A stretch of DNA of 64,000 nucleotides from positions 151,132,317 to 151,196,316 of the forward strand of contig NC_068982.1 in NCBI RefSeq assembly GCF_001194135.2. The letters run 5' to 3'. This stretch comes from Octopus bimaculoides (lineage: Eukaryota). Positions within the stretch are counted from its first letter, which is position 1. Every line of letters begins with the position of its first letter. The notes below the pieces were generated by a model. The model saw only the letters and a list, made by a program, of their open reading frames with translations, searched no databases and was not told the origin of the DNA. The position numbers and the translations under genes were made by a program. Positions 40,011-51,310 of this stretch are shown here, piece after piece.

Positions 40011-41366
40011 TCTATAAAACTGTATTATTTCGGTTGCCTAACACCCTTTTTTGAAGACTGAAGGAGAAAACTTTAATTTCCCTTTCAACGGGATCAATAA
40101 ATCAAGCACACATGTCAAATATTCACATCCTTTTTTAACAAGCTCTATCTATAAAATGGTTGTGTACAATTTAACAATACCGTTCCTTTATCTTGATCTG
40201 GTCTTGAGTTGTTTATTTATCGTTAATTAATTTAACTGTGGTGTTATTTATTGCTAATTTAACCACTGTGTTTAAACATTGAAATAGTACCACGCTCTTA
40301 ATTTCAGCAGATAAAATTTTCAGTTTCTCCATAAAATCGCTCCTTCAATTCTTTTTGCATCATTTGTTTCCTTTGGATTGGATTTCTATCTTAGAACTCA
40401 ATACATTCTATACACTAAATATATAATACATTAGATATCTCCAGCTTACGAAATTTCGTGTCTCACTATTTCATGTTCATATTCATGGGTAATATTCAGA
40501 CAGGAGCGACTAATTACTTCTCCAATTAGTTTTAAGAGTATTTGCAATCCTTTGTTCGAAATCAACTAAATGCCGAACCAGAAAGGGTTATGAATGTGTG
40601 CATATGTATATGCGTGTCAATATTTGTCTCTATGTATGTATTAAATATATGTAGCTACAGAAGGGAAAACCAATATTTGAGCATTTAAATTCTGCTGAAT
40701 GTGAGCTTGCTTAAGACAGATTCTCCAAAATTTATCGTATATTTGTGCTTATCCTAACGATCTGCAGTGCTTTTAATATATACAGATATGAATGCAGGGA
40801 AGAGAAAGAAGCGAAGCAGAAAGGCGAAGAAGAGAAGGGCAGAATATGTTAAAAAATGGCTGAAAGACGTTAGCGAAAGAAATAAAAGTAAAAAAACAAA
40901 AGAAGATCCATAAGAATGAGAAGTGGCAGTAGCAGCCGCAGCAGTGACGGTAGTAGTAGTAGTAACAGTAGTCGTAAAAGGTGAAGAAAAAGAAGAAAGC
41001 AAAGTAAATGACATAATAGAAACGAGCTAGTTAATTAGATTTATGATAATTACAAGAGGAAATTATTTTTGTTAATTTCGAATTATCTTGAAAATATAAT
41101 TAAGGCGTGGTGGAAATTTGTGGTGAAGGAGTATGAAGAGAACAGACCTAGAGCTGGAGATCAAAACATTAGTTCTAAATCAGGAAATGATAATTTCACA
41201 AACAAAATTACACTATGTTTCTCGATCTATTTTCCTTGTGTGTTTCAAGCTATGATTCCCTCTCTCTATCATTTCTTTTTCTCTCCCTGTCCCCTCTTTC
41301 TCCCTCTCCCTCTCTCTCTATTTGTATATGTGTGTGTGTATAAATAATTATGTATCTATCTATCTA

Positions 41367-41369
<3 letters not shown>

Positions 41370-41405
<36 letters not shown>

Positions 41406-41532
41406 ATTTACACCGATATGTATAAATATATATTTATGCATCTATTCTTCTTCTTCTTCTTCTTCTTCTTCTTCTTCTTCTTCTTCTTCTTCTTCTTCTT
41501 CTTCTTCTTCTTCTTCTTGTTATTATTATTAT
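41370..41532. repeat. (TA)n, (TCT)n and (ATT)n compound tract
   Basis: Visible. Confidence 0.9.
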
Positions 41533-42071
41533 GTGAGAGAGCAGTGCATGCCATCAAAGTGACACTGGGGTAAAATATACGAAGCCCAATATACTCATCA
41601 TGACTAACCGTCTGATAAGGGTACACCAAGCACATGCATCACAAGCATATGTGCACGACAGTGGTGATCTCATATCAAGATTAACAGCGCATGACCTTGC
41701 AGGTGGAACCCAGTTGGAATTTTCTTCAGGCTGAGTAGCCCATCTCATTCAAAAGGTCCCTGAATAACGGTTGTTTAAGGATGTTGAACTGCACGCCCGT
41801 GTTTCCAGGTGAATTATCCAAACCCCCAAAGAATTCCTCTCAACACTTGGCTACTTCTGCTCGTGTTTTGAGATGCACATATCGTCAGCCACTAAGAGAC
41901 ATGCTCAACAGATTCAGGTCAAAGAACTGACAAGCAAGTCTGTGGTATTGAGCAGAATATTTGCTGCAGCCCATCTTTTATACCAAGACAAATCAATGTA
42001 CATGATAACACTTCCAATTACTTAAGATCAGAAACCATGAGAGCCACTGCCTGGTACTGCATCAGAGCATT
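41533..42071. mobile_element. Unclassified interspersed repeat of about 540 bp, flanked by (ATT)n on both sides
   Basis: The right-hand ~230 bp is the reverse complement of 46925-47163 with an identical terminus (ggtactgcatcag.gcattt); no coding capacity recognised. Confidence 0.75.
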
Positions 42072-42098
42072 TATTATTATTATAATAATATATTATAT

Positions 42099-42422
42099 GG
42101 ATCAGTGGCTAGAGCATCGAACTTACGACTCTGAGGTTGGGAGTTCGAATCCCGGACCGGGCTGCGTGTTGTGCTCTTGAGCAAGACACTTTATTTCACG
42201 TTACTCCAGTTCACTCAGCTGCAGAAATGAGTTGCGACGTCACCGGTGCCAAGCTGTATCAGTCTTTCCCTTTCCCTTGGATGACATGGGTGGCGTGGAG
42301 AGGGTAGGATAGTATGCATGGGTGACTGCTGGTCTTCCATAAACAACCTTACTCGGACTTGTGCTTCGGAGGGTAACTTTCTAGGTGCAATCCCATGGTC
42401 ATTCGTGACCGAAGGGGGTCTC
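42099..42422 (+). mobile_element. tRNA-derived SINE with CORE/V-like central box
   Basis: A box cagtggctagagc, B box gagttcgaatcc, central gtgctcttgagcaagacactt...ccagttcactcagctg. From memory this resembles CORE-type SINEs; an octopus CORE-SINE, OR2, is described in the literature. Confidence 0.75.
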
Positions 42423-42432
42423 CGATTATTAT

Positions 42433-42648
42433 TAAGGCGATGAGCTGGCAGAATCGTTAGCGCACTGGACGGAATGTATAACAGTATTTCGCCCGTCGCT
42501 ACGATCTCAGTTCAGTTTCTGCTGAGGTCGACTTTGCTTGTTATCCTATCGGGGTCGATAAATTAAATACCAGTTAAACACTGGGATCGATGTAATCGGC
42601 TCATCTCCTCCTCCAAAATGGCTGCCCTTGTGGCAAAATTTAAAACCA
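42433..42648 (+). mobile_element. Family A SINE, full length, (ATT)n tail
   Basis: taaggcgatgagctggcagaatcgttagc...gaggtcgactttg...aaaccatt. Confidence 0.85.
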
Positions 42649-42666
42649 TTAATATTATTATTATTG

Positions 42667-42793
42667 TTCAGTAGTTTTATTTTTATAACGTGCTTTCACT
42701 TCACTACCGAGCGCAGCTCTGTGCGCCTTGGGTATGTGCTGTGGTTTGCTGTGGTGCTCTTATGGTTACTGTATTGAAAGTGTTTTGCGTAGG
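42667..42793 (-). mobile_element. Extreme 3' end of an R4/Dong-type LINE
   Basis: Minus strand reads LRKTLSIQ* then a ~100-nt UTR and an AAT tail; embedded in (ATT)n on both sides. Confidence 0.6.
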
Positions 42794-42801
42794 TATTATT
42801 A

Positions 42802-42860
<59 letters not shown>

Positions 42861-42880
42861 GTTATTGTTATTATTATCAT

Positions 42881-43097
42881 TAAGGCGGTCAGCTGCCAGA
42901 ACCGTTAGCACGCCGAGTGAAATGCTTAGCAGTGTTTCGTTTGTCGCTATATTTTGAGTTCAAATTTTGCCGAGGTCGACTTAGCTTTTCATCCTTTCGG
43001 TGTCGATTAATTAAGTACCCGTTATGCACTGGGGTAGAGGTAATCGAATTTATTCATTCCCCAAAATTCAAGGCATTGTGCCTATAGTAGAAAGGAT
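42881..43097 (+). mobile_element. Family A SINE, full length
   Basis: taaggcggtcagctgccagaaccgttagc...gagttcaaatt...aaaggat. Confidence 0.85.
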
Positions 43098-43103
43098 CAT
43101 TAT

Positions 43104-43320
43104 TAAGCCAGTGAGCTGGCAGAATTGTTAGCGCGCTGCACGAAATGCTTAGCGGCATTTCGCCCATCTTAATGTTCTGAGTTCAAATTCAGATGAGGTT
43201 GACTTTGCCTTTCATCCTTTCGAGGTTGATAAATGAAGTGCCAGTGAAACACTGGGTCGACGTGATGGACTAGTCCCTTCCCCCAAACTTTCAGGCCCTT
43301 GTGCTTATAGCAGAAAGGAT
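43104..43320 (+). mobile_element. Family A SINE, full length, tail (ATT)n at 43321-43362
   Basis: gtgagctggcagaattgttagc...gagttcaaattc...aaaggattattatt. Confidence 0.85.
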
Positions 43321-43362
43321 TATTATTATTATTGTTATTATTATTATTATTATTATTATTGC

Positions 43363-43861
43363 TTTGCACAGCTTCTAGCGCTGGAGATGTACTACGGTGT
43401 CAGATGTTCACTACCAGTGAACTAAGGTAACAACCCTTATTTTTCGAGCACCTTCCGGAGTATTCGAGCGGTTCCAAGCAGTGCTGTTTTCTGCAAGTGC
43501 TCCACCCTTATTGTAGCCCCTGTTTGTTCCATGTACTTCTCGAGATTTTTTCCTCGCTGTTTTCAGGGCTCCGACAATTATTGGTACCACTACCACCGTT
43601 TTCATTGACCACAACTGCTTTACCTTTCAAGCTAGCCTATCAAAACTATCGACATTTCTTTCTTCCTTATCGCATACCCTGTTGTCAGCTGAGTATTCTA
43701 TATGTATGATCCGAAATAGTTTGCTTTCTTTTTCAAATTAGACTATGTCTGGATTCCTATTCTTTATCTCATGGTCGCACTGAATCATAAAATCCTACAG
43801 GAACTTTGCATTATCATTTTCGATTATGCCTTCGGGTTTGTGATCGTACCAATCTTTTGCT
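43363..43861 (-). mobile_element. R4/Dong-type LINE 3' segment (endonuclease domain and 3' UTR)
   Basis: AKDWYDHKPEGIIENDNAKFL*DF.IQCDH.I.NRNPDIV...WSMKTVVVVPIIVGAL; the tail merges with the (ATT)n of the preceding SINE. Confidence 0.85.
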
Positions 43862-44521
43862 ATGGATGGTCTCAAACTTTATGGTAAAGATGAATCCCAA
43901 GTCAGTTGCCTCGTTGATACAGTGTATACTTTCAGCGCTGATATCAGAATGGGGTTCGGACTGAAAAAGTGTGGTGTGTTAGTCTTGAAGAGTGGCAAAA
44001 TGAAATGTATGGAAGGGCTAGCGATACCGTCGGGGGAGGCTATGAAGCAAATAGAAGAGACAGGCTATAAGTACTTGAGGATATTGGAAATGGATAAATT
44101 GATGGAGAAAGAAATGACGGAAAAATTTAAGGTGGAGTACTTGCGAAGACTGAGACTGATCCTTAAGTGGAAATTAATGGGCGGAATAAGATTGAAACTA
44201 TCAACACCTGGTCGGTTTCACTCCTTAGATATGGGGCAGCGGTAATCACATGGACAGTAGACGAACTAAACAGCTTAGACAGAAAGACAAGGAAGTTGCT
44301 GACTAGATATGGGACACTCCACCCAAAACGTGACACAGACAGACTATATGTACCAAACTACATATAGAGTAGACAGCGCATCAGAAAGTGATAAGTGCAG
44401 AATCTGTGGGCAAAATGGTGATTTCGTATGACAAATTACCAGCCAATGTACGCCACTAGCCCAGACGGAATATAATAGACGCCACGACAATATAGCAAGG
44501 CTTGTCCATGGGACACTTTGC
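43862..44521 (+). mobile_element. R4/Dong-type LINE RT-to-knuckle segment, inverted relative to 43363-43861
   Basis: MDGLKLY...FGLKKC...YKYL.ILE...RLYVP [internal deletion] DKCRICG...RRHDNIARLVHGTLC. Confidence 0.9.
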
Positions 44522-44581
44522 GACCCTTTTTCCTTGTGTTCTTTCTATTCAACCCTTGATATATATATATATATATATATA

Positions 44582-45345
44582 NNNNNNNNNNNNNNNNNNN
44601 NNNNNNNNNNNNNNNNNNNNNNNNNNNNNNNNNNNNNNNNNNNNNNNNNNNNNNNNNNNNNNNNNNNNNNNNNNNNNNNNNNNNNNNNNNNNNNNNNNNN
44701 NNNNNNNNNNNNNNNNNNNNNNNNNNNNNNNNNNNNNNNNNNNNNNNNNNNNNNNNNNNNNNNNNNNNNNNNNNNNNNNNNNNNNNNNNNNNNNNNNNNN
44801 NNNNNNNNNNNNNNNNNNNNNNNNNNNNNNNNNNNNNNNNNNNNNNNNNNNNNNNNNNNNNNNNNNNNNNNNNNNNNNNNNNNNNNNNNNNNNNNNNNNN
44901 NNNNNNNNNNNNNNNNNNNNNNNNNNNNNNNNNNNNNNNNNNNNNNNNNNNNNNNNNNNNNNNNNNNNNNNNNNNNNNNNNNNNNNNNNNNNNNNNNNNN
45001 NNNNNNNNNNNNNNNNNNNNNNNNNNNNNNNNNNNNNNNNNNNNNNNNNNNNNNNNNNNNNNNNNNNNNNNNNNNNNNNNNNNNNNNNNNNNNNNNNNNN
45101 NNNNNNNNNNNNNNNNNNNNNNNNNNNNNNNNNNNNNNNNNNNNNNNNNNNNNNNNNNNNNNNNNNNNNNNNNNNNNNNNNNNNNNNNNNNNNNNNNNNN
45201 NNNNNNNNNNNNNNNNNNNNNNNNNNNNNNNNNNNNNNNNNNNNNNNNNNNNNNNNNNNNNNNNNNNNNNNNNNNNNNNNNNNNNNNNNNNNNNNNNNNN
45301 NNNNNNNNNNNNNNNNNNNNNNNNNNNNNNNNNNNNNNNNNNNNN
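44582..45345. other. Assembly gap flanked by (TA)n
   Basis: N bases (right edge +/-1). Confidence 0.98.
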
Positions 45346-45385
<40 letters not shown>

Positions 45386-46809
45386 GCTTATGCAAACATA
45401 GGTGTGTGTATGTGTGTGTGTGTCTGTGTGTGTGGCGTGTGTGTGTTTGTCTGTGTGTGTGTGTATGCATGTATATATATATATGTCTAGAGAACTTTAA
45501 TATCTTAGTATACATGTACACATCATTATAACGCAAGCAATTGCTCTTCAGTGGAAAATTTCGCTATACCCTTAAATTACAAGTTTTCTTATGGGCGGCA
45601 AACTCTTGCCCCTTATAGGTCCCATTGTGGTTTATGCTATCATTAATCCTACAGGTGGAAACAGGGATGCTAACCTCACTTACCAAAATGGGGAGGATTG
45701 GCATCTGTGTGTTGAATTTAGTCGGGCTTATTAGTTATTGCTGGTGAGCGGGCTTATTCTAAAACAGTTAGCGTGGATGGTGTTTATTCCGGGACCAAGC
45801 CTGTTAGCATTACGAAAACCTGCACTATGAAACTCAACGGTAGTATCTAGCACATTACTGGTTTTGTTAGACAAAGTGGCAGTGGTAGGACGTGTTGTAT
45901 TCGGATGCGGGTTTATAGCGTCTCTAAGAGTATCAGAGTCAGGCGACACTTTTCGCCTTCGCTACACCGTAGCCACATGTTCATGTGTTGCTAATTCAAG
46001 GGGCATTAGTGGTGTTCGGACGATTCTTCTCTATCCAAGGCACAAGGCCTGAAATTTATATACATACATACTCCGATACGTATTTTACATACAGCTGCGA
46101 TAGTCTAGTGATTAGATTGGTAGCTGACGAACGACACACGGTGTTTAGAATTTATCTTGTTTGTTCCTGTTAAAGATTTCAATATTATGTGTAAAGATTA
46201 TGGAGATTTACGGATTATGAACAGGATGTAAATCCTTTGTACTTATTACTTAGTATAGGCATGTTATACTTACCTCTGAAATGTATGGAATATGGTGACT
46301 TGAACACCGATTTGTGACATTTGCAGTGTCATTACTTCACCAATATTTACTGACAGTCGATTGGGCGACAAGGAGGAAAAATTTGGAAATGGAGGTTTTC
46401 CTTTCTTTCAAATATTTGTTTTAGCTTTTTTTTTTGTTTTTCTTATAACGGCAACAAAAATAAATTATCAGTTTTCGAATTTCTTCCTATTAATTTCTAC
46501 CCATTTATCTTGATTGCTGTTGAGATAAATACAATTGAAAAATCATAATACAAAATATCGAAGTTTTGTTTTTTAACCAATACCTTTTTTTTCAAACTGA
46601 ACAATATAAAATAAAACACCAGATCTGAAATATTTTTTTCTGCGATGATAAATTGTGCTTGAAACAAATGCTAAAAGATAAAATCCCCGAAAGGTATTCC
46701 AGTACATGTTTTCACAAATATAAAGCTACTTAGAGATAATTTTTCTTTTCACATATTTTAATATAAATAATAGAATTTGATTTTACATATTTAGGCTTGT
46801 AGATTTCTT

Positions 46810-46826
46810 CTAGCATACGTCTTAAC

Positions 46827-46902
<76 letters not shown>

Positions 46903-46924
46903 TAATAATAATAATAATAATAAT
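46810..46924. repeat. (AAT)n microsatellite
   Basis: Visible. Confidence 0.95.
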
Positions 46925-47163
46925 AAATGCCCTGATGCAGTACCAGGTAGTAGCTCTCATGGTTTCTGATCTTAACTGATTGGAAGTGTTATCATGTACA
47001 TTGTTTTGTTTTGGTATAAAAGATGGGCTACAGCAAATATTCTGCTCAATACCACAGATTTGCTTGTCAGTGGTTTGACCTTAACCAGTTGAGCATATTC
47101 TTTGGTGGCTCCGATATGCGCATCTTTGGTCACGAGCAGTAGTAGGGGAGCATCACAGCTATA
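46925..47163. mobile_element. Truncated copy of the 41533-42071 repeat, opposite orientation
   Basis: aaatgccctgatgcagtaccagg...gatgggctacagcaaatattctgctcaataccacag is the reverse complement of 41850-42071. Confidence 0.8.
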
Positions 47164-47309
47164 CCTGAAAAAAGGTAGAAAAAAAAATTCATCAAATCTA
47201 GTCCGAACATCCTACGTATGTGTGTGTGTGTGTGTTTATACAGAGAGAGGTAGAGAGAAATACATATACATAGACAAACACACGCACGCACGCACGCACG
47301 TACACACAC

Positions 47310-47347
<38 letters not shown>

Positions 47348-48284
47348 ACACACACGCACACAGATATGATCTTCGATCATTTTTCACTAGATATTTTTGT
47401 AGTCATATAGTGAATTTTTTTTAATAATAGTTTTCTTGTTCCAGAAAACTCCTAATTTACTGCATCCGTGGTAAACGTATCTTTGTGTGTAAGACTGTAT
47501 TCTCTAAATGCAGTCATTATTCTTCTCCGTCCTCTTTTAAATCTTAAACACTCCTAGAGGGAGTTTGTGCTTTCTAATTGCATGAATAATCACAAGCTTT
47601 CTCAATTCCTTCTATTACACAAGTGAGACCCTTCTTTAAGCCGATAGGTTAGCTAATAATGAAATACGCATCGATTACTTTTCTACCATTCACTTATTTA
47701 TTCCGGTGTTGTTGAAGCTGTTGTTACTGCAACGCTCTCTCATTCCCACCCTCTTTCTCGACTTAACTGACTTAACCGACTTAATCCTATCCTTAAGCAC
47801 CAATCGAGGGAGATTTTGTCTACAACTTGCATGAATAATCTCAATTAAACGATTTTAAACTCACTATATTACATAAGTGGGACGCTGCCGCATTGCATAT
47901 CTGTAAAACATTCCACATTGGTATTTTCCCTCAATCAGATTTTTGATATGTTTGTCGGCAGCTCGCTAAATTTGTTTGCTGATCCGTAAATTTGTTGGCG
48001 GCTCCGGAAGTTTATTACACATCACTTAATGTATCGACTGGTCCTTAAATCTGTTAGTTTTTCACTAAATTCTGCATTTCCGATTATGTCGCACTAATAA
48101 AATCTGAAAGAATAAAAATGTGACATCTGTGAGATTGGAACTCAGAACTGCTAATTTGACACAGATAGTAAATTCAGAGAAAATTTAAGGACAATGGAAA
48201 TAGAAAATAGATAAAAACCATCAGTTTTAGTGCATATAGAAAACTCAAAATATGCCTACAACTAATCACCTGCTCCTGTAATAT

Positions 48285-48500
48285 TGCTTTCAAATTTTGA
48301 CAAAAGGCCAGCAATTTCAGGGGAGGGGTTAGTCGATGATATTGACCCCAGTGCTCAACTGGTACTTATTTTATCGATTGCGAAAGGATAAAAGACAAAG
48401 TCGACCTCGGCGGAGTTTAAACTTAGATCGTAAAAGCGGATGAAATGCCGCTAAGCATTTTGCCCGGCGTACTAACGATTTTGCTATCTGGCTGCCTTAA
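48285..48500 (-). mobile_element. Family A SINE, full length
   Basis: Reverse complement contains the head, ccgaggtcgactttg core and tail. Confidence 0.85.
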
Positions 48501-48503
48501 AAA

Positions 48504-48566
48504 ACGGACGAAATATCGCTGAGCATTTTATCCGGCGTGCTAACGATTCTGCCAGCTCTCCGCCTT
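48504..48566 (-). mobile_element. Family A SINE head fragment in tandem
   Basis: Reverse complement aaggcggagagctggcagaatcgttagcacgccgga. Confidence 0.8.
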
Positions 48567-49089
48567 TATTGCTTCTATAATATTGATTTCTTATTTAATA
48601 AGAAGGCTATTCGTCTATTGCTGAACAGACTGAGACTGCGTGGCATTCATACCTTTCTTAAGGCCGTTAGTTCTTTGAACGATGTGAAATATCTTCAACC
48701 AGGAATCACCGCTTACCTTGTTTATAAAGGTGCTTTTATTTTACCTTTCTTCAGTTGTTGAGATATAAACTACTCACTTTCTGTAAGATCAGAAAAAAAT
48801 TAGTGACAAAATGAAGAATGAAAAAATATAAATCAGGTAGAGAAGCAACGACAATAACAATAACAAAACAAATACAAGCTCAACTTGTTTCCACTCCCCA
48901 GTGTTATTTGCTCAAGGTTAATTGTTGTTGTTAAAATGAAGAACAACAAAAGGTCACATTGAAACTCGGCTAGTAAACACGAATAAATGGTAATAATAAT
49001 CTTTGGAAATGAGTTTTCGTTATTCAAATTTTCACACTTTCAAAGTAATCTAATTTTAAATTCTGTACCTGAAGATTACATAACCATGA

Positions 49090-49423
49090 AGCATGGCTAC
49101 ACACTGAGGCATACTCACACAAACACGTATGCTCACTCACATATACTCACACGTATACACACACATATACTCACACAGAGACGTACGCTCACACACGCAG
49201 ACATACATTTACACATACTCTCATTTTAACGCACCTATGAATACTCATAAGGTACACATGCACACACACATACACACACAGATGCACACACTCACACGCA
49301 CACAAATACCAACATACACACATGCACATTGAAAGAGACGACAACATATGCACATACACAGAAATATAATAGAAACATGAGCACACACGGTCACAGATAT
49401 GTTTGCATCTGTATGTGTGTGTG

Positions 49424-49455
<32 letters not shown>

Positions 49456-49505
49456 CATGTATATATGCTTGCGTGAATGTGTGTGTTTATGCAGACACAT
49501 ACACA
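49090..49505. repeat. Degenerate (CA)n followed by (GT)n tracts
   Basis: Visible. Confidence 0.85.
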
Positions 49506-49737
49506 AATACATTTTTTATGACGTAGTTTATTTTTGCTGATCGTTGGATGCTTCATCGATCACGTGATTAATCTATTTCTGGTATCAAAACTCTCTCAGT
49601 GCAACTGATTGTCAATGACGTCAGTATAATATTTCTCCTGTCGCTCCAGTAATCTTACAGCATTTTTACCACTTCATCCTGTTATTTTCCCTTACCTGTC
49701 ACCATGGAGCGTCTGCATGCTAGCACAACATATTTAT

Positions 49738-49950
49738 TGTTAGAAATAGCAGCCACATATCCCTTAAATCACACCCTATCTGTCTTATAAATGGAAAGCC
49801 ACATTGGATGGTGTGGTTCGTGTGAAACTGTGTCTGAAAAAACAAAACAAAACAAGCATAAAATAAAAAAAAACTGTTTGTCACAGGTAGAGAAGAAAGC
49901 CTTTGATCGTAGGTCTGCTCCATCGCGGCTGAGTTGAAGTTTACAACAAT
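49738..49950 (+). mobile_element. Family B SINE-like copy
   Basis: ttagaaatagcagccacatatcccttaaatcacacc...cattggat...cctttgatcgtaggtctgctc...ggctgag. Confidence 0.65.
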
Positions 49951-50989
49951 ATTGTTGTGTTTTTTTTTTAGTATTGCTTTTGTCTTCGAAAGGTTATTTT
50001 CTTTAGACGTCTTCAATCACATGACATCTTACGGGTACTTTCAATTGTCTTTTCTCTTCTCAAATTATTATTATTCGAGGTCTCATTTTTCAAGCTGAGT
50101 TTCAGGTCTATGTCGCCACCCGGTATAACCCCAGTATTTACTGTTGTTAATGTTTCACACAGCTATGGGTCGCAAGAGTGTTGTTTTCACATTTTACATA
50201 AATATTTGTATATGACGTCTAAAAAGAATATGGTCTTGGTTAGAGAAGGCACTAAGAAAGTGTATGTGAAAGGGCGGCTCTTTTTTGTTGAACGAACAGG
50301 GGTTAAATGAGAGAGAGCCAAAGAAAATAAAGAGTTTCGTTGCCGAAAACATTTGCTCTACCGTCAATGCAGTAGTTCTACGTGTAAAGCAAAGGCTATA
50401 GCAGCCTCAATGTTACCAGGGACAAAACAATCATCGCACACAACTATTACAATCGTTATCAAGAGCAACAACAATATAATCGTCAACAAAAGCATCAGCA
50501 TCGTAATTCCACGAATAAGAATAAAACGGAACAAAAAGAAGCTGCAACTATTCTGTAAAAATGCAAACAATTGCTGCATGAATATAAATAAGCCCACAAA
50601 GGCTAGTTCCTTTATCGAATGAGAAGTTGAGCGAAGCAAAAAAGCATGTCAAGAAAGGTAGTATGTTGGTAAAATCGAAAGAAACCATTCAAAAAATGAA
50701 GCAGGGGACCACTGTCTATTTAACAAGCAACAAGCATCAACGAACCCTGTCCCATACGAAACAGCACACCAAAAGGTACGCCACTACTTAGCGCGAAAGA
50801 CAGAACTATTTCTATGCCCTCTTATAGGGAACGTTATTTTACACAAGTAACCATATGAAACGAGCCACCGGGGATATTAATTAACAATATAAACCGGCCT
50901 ATTAGGAAAACAACTTGTGATCACAACTAAACTGCGGTTCAACCATAACTAAACTGCAGTATCTGGTAAGGCAGAATAACAGAAAGAGT

Positions 50990-51310
50990 ATCTTTGATTG
51001 TCGGGGTGGTGGACACCTTTCCAAAAGATAGGAAACAGTACCAGAGTAAAGATTAATAGGGAAGTCATGGAATTACAGACTGGCACCCAACGAAACAAGT
51101 TCATGCTTTCGGATAGTATTGTTGGGCACTAGACAAACAGATTAGTTAAGTATCTTGAGTTCTGATTTGGTTTGCAACTTTAAATATATGGATGCTGAGT
51201 CGAGGTTACAAGCAAGAGAGTCTCATTTAGAAATGGGCTAAGATGAAGCTATTCTTCAAAGTTCGGACAGAGGTGAAAAACGTGCATCTTATATCTCTGT
51301 CATATATTAC
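50990..51310 (+). mobile_element. L1/Tx1-clade LINE RT remnant
   Basis: VKYLEF*FGLQL...VEVTSKR...agaaatgggct..; parallels 28690-28790 (shared tttagaaatgggct). Confidence 0.5.

Noticed and set aside
45640-46030. GC-richer island with ORF 45731..45949
   Set aside because: The peptide is not recognisable; it is probably an unclassified transposon fragment.
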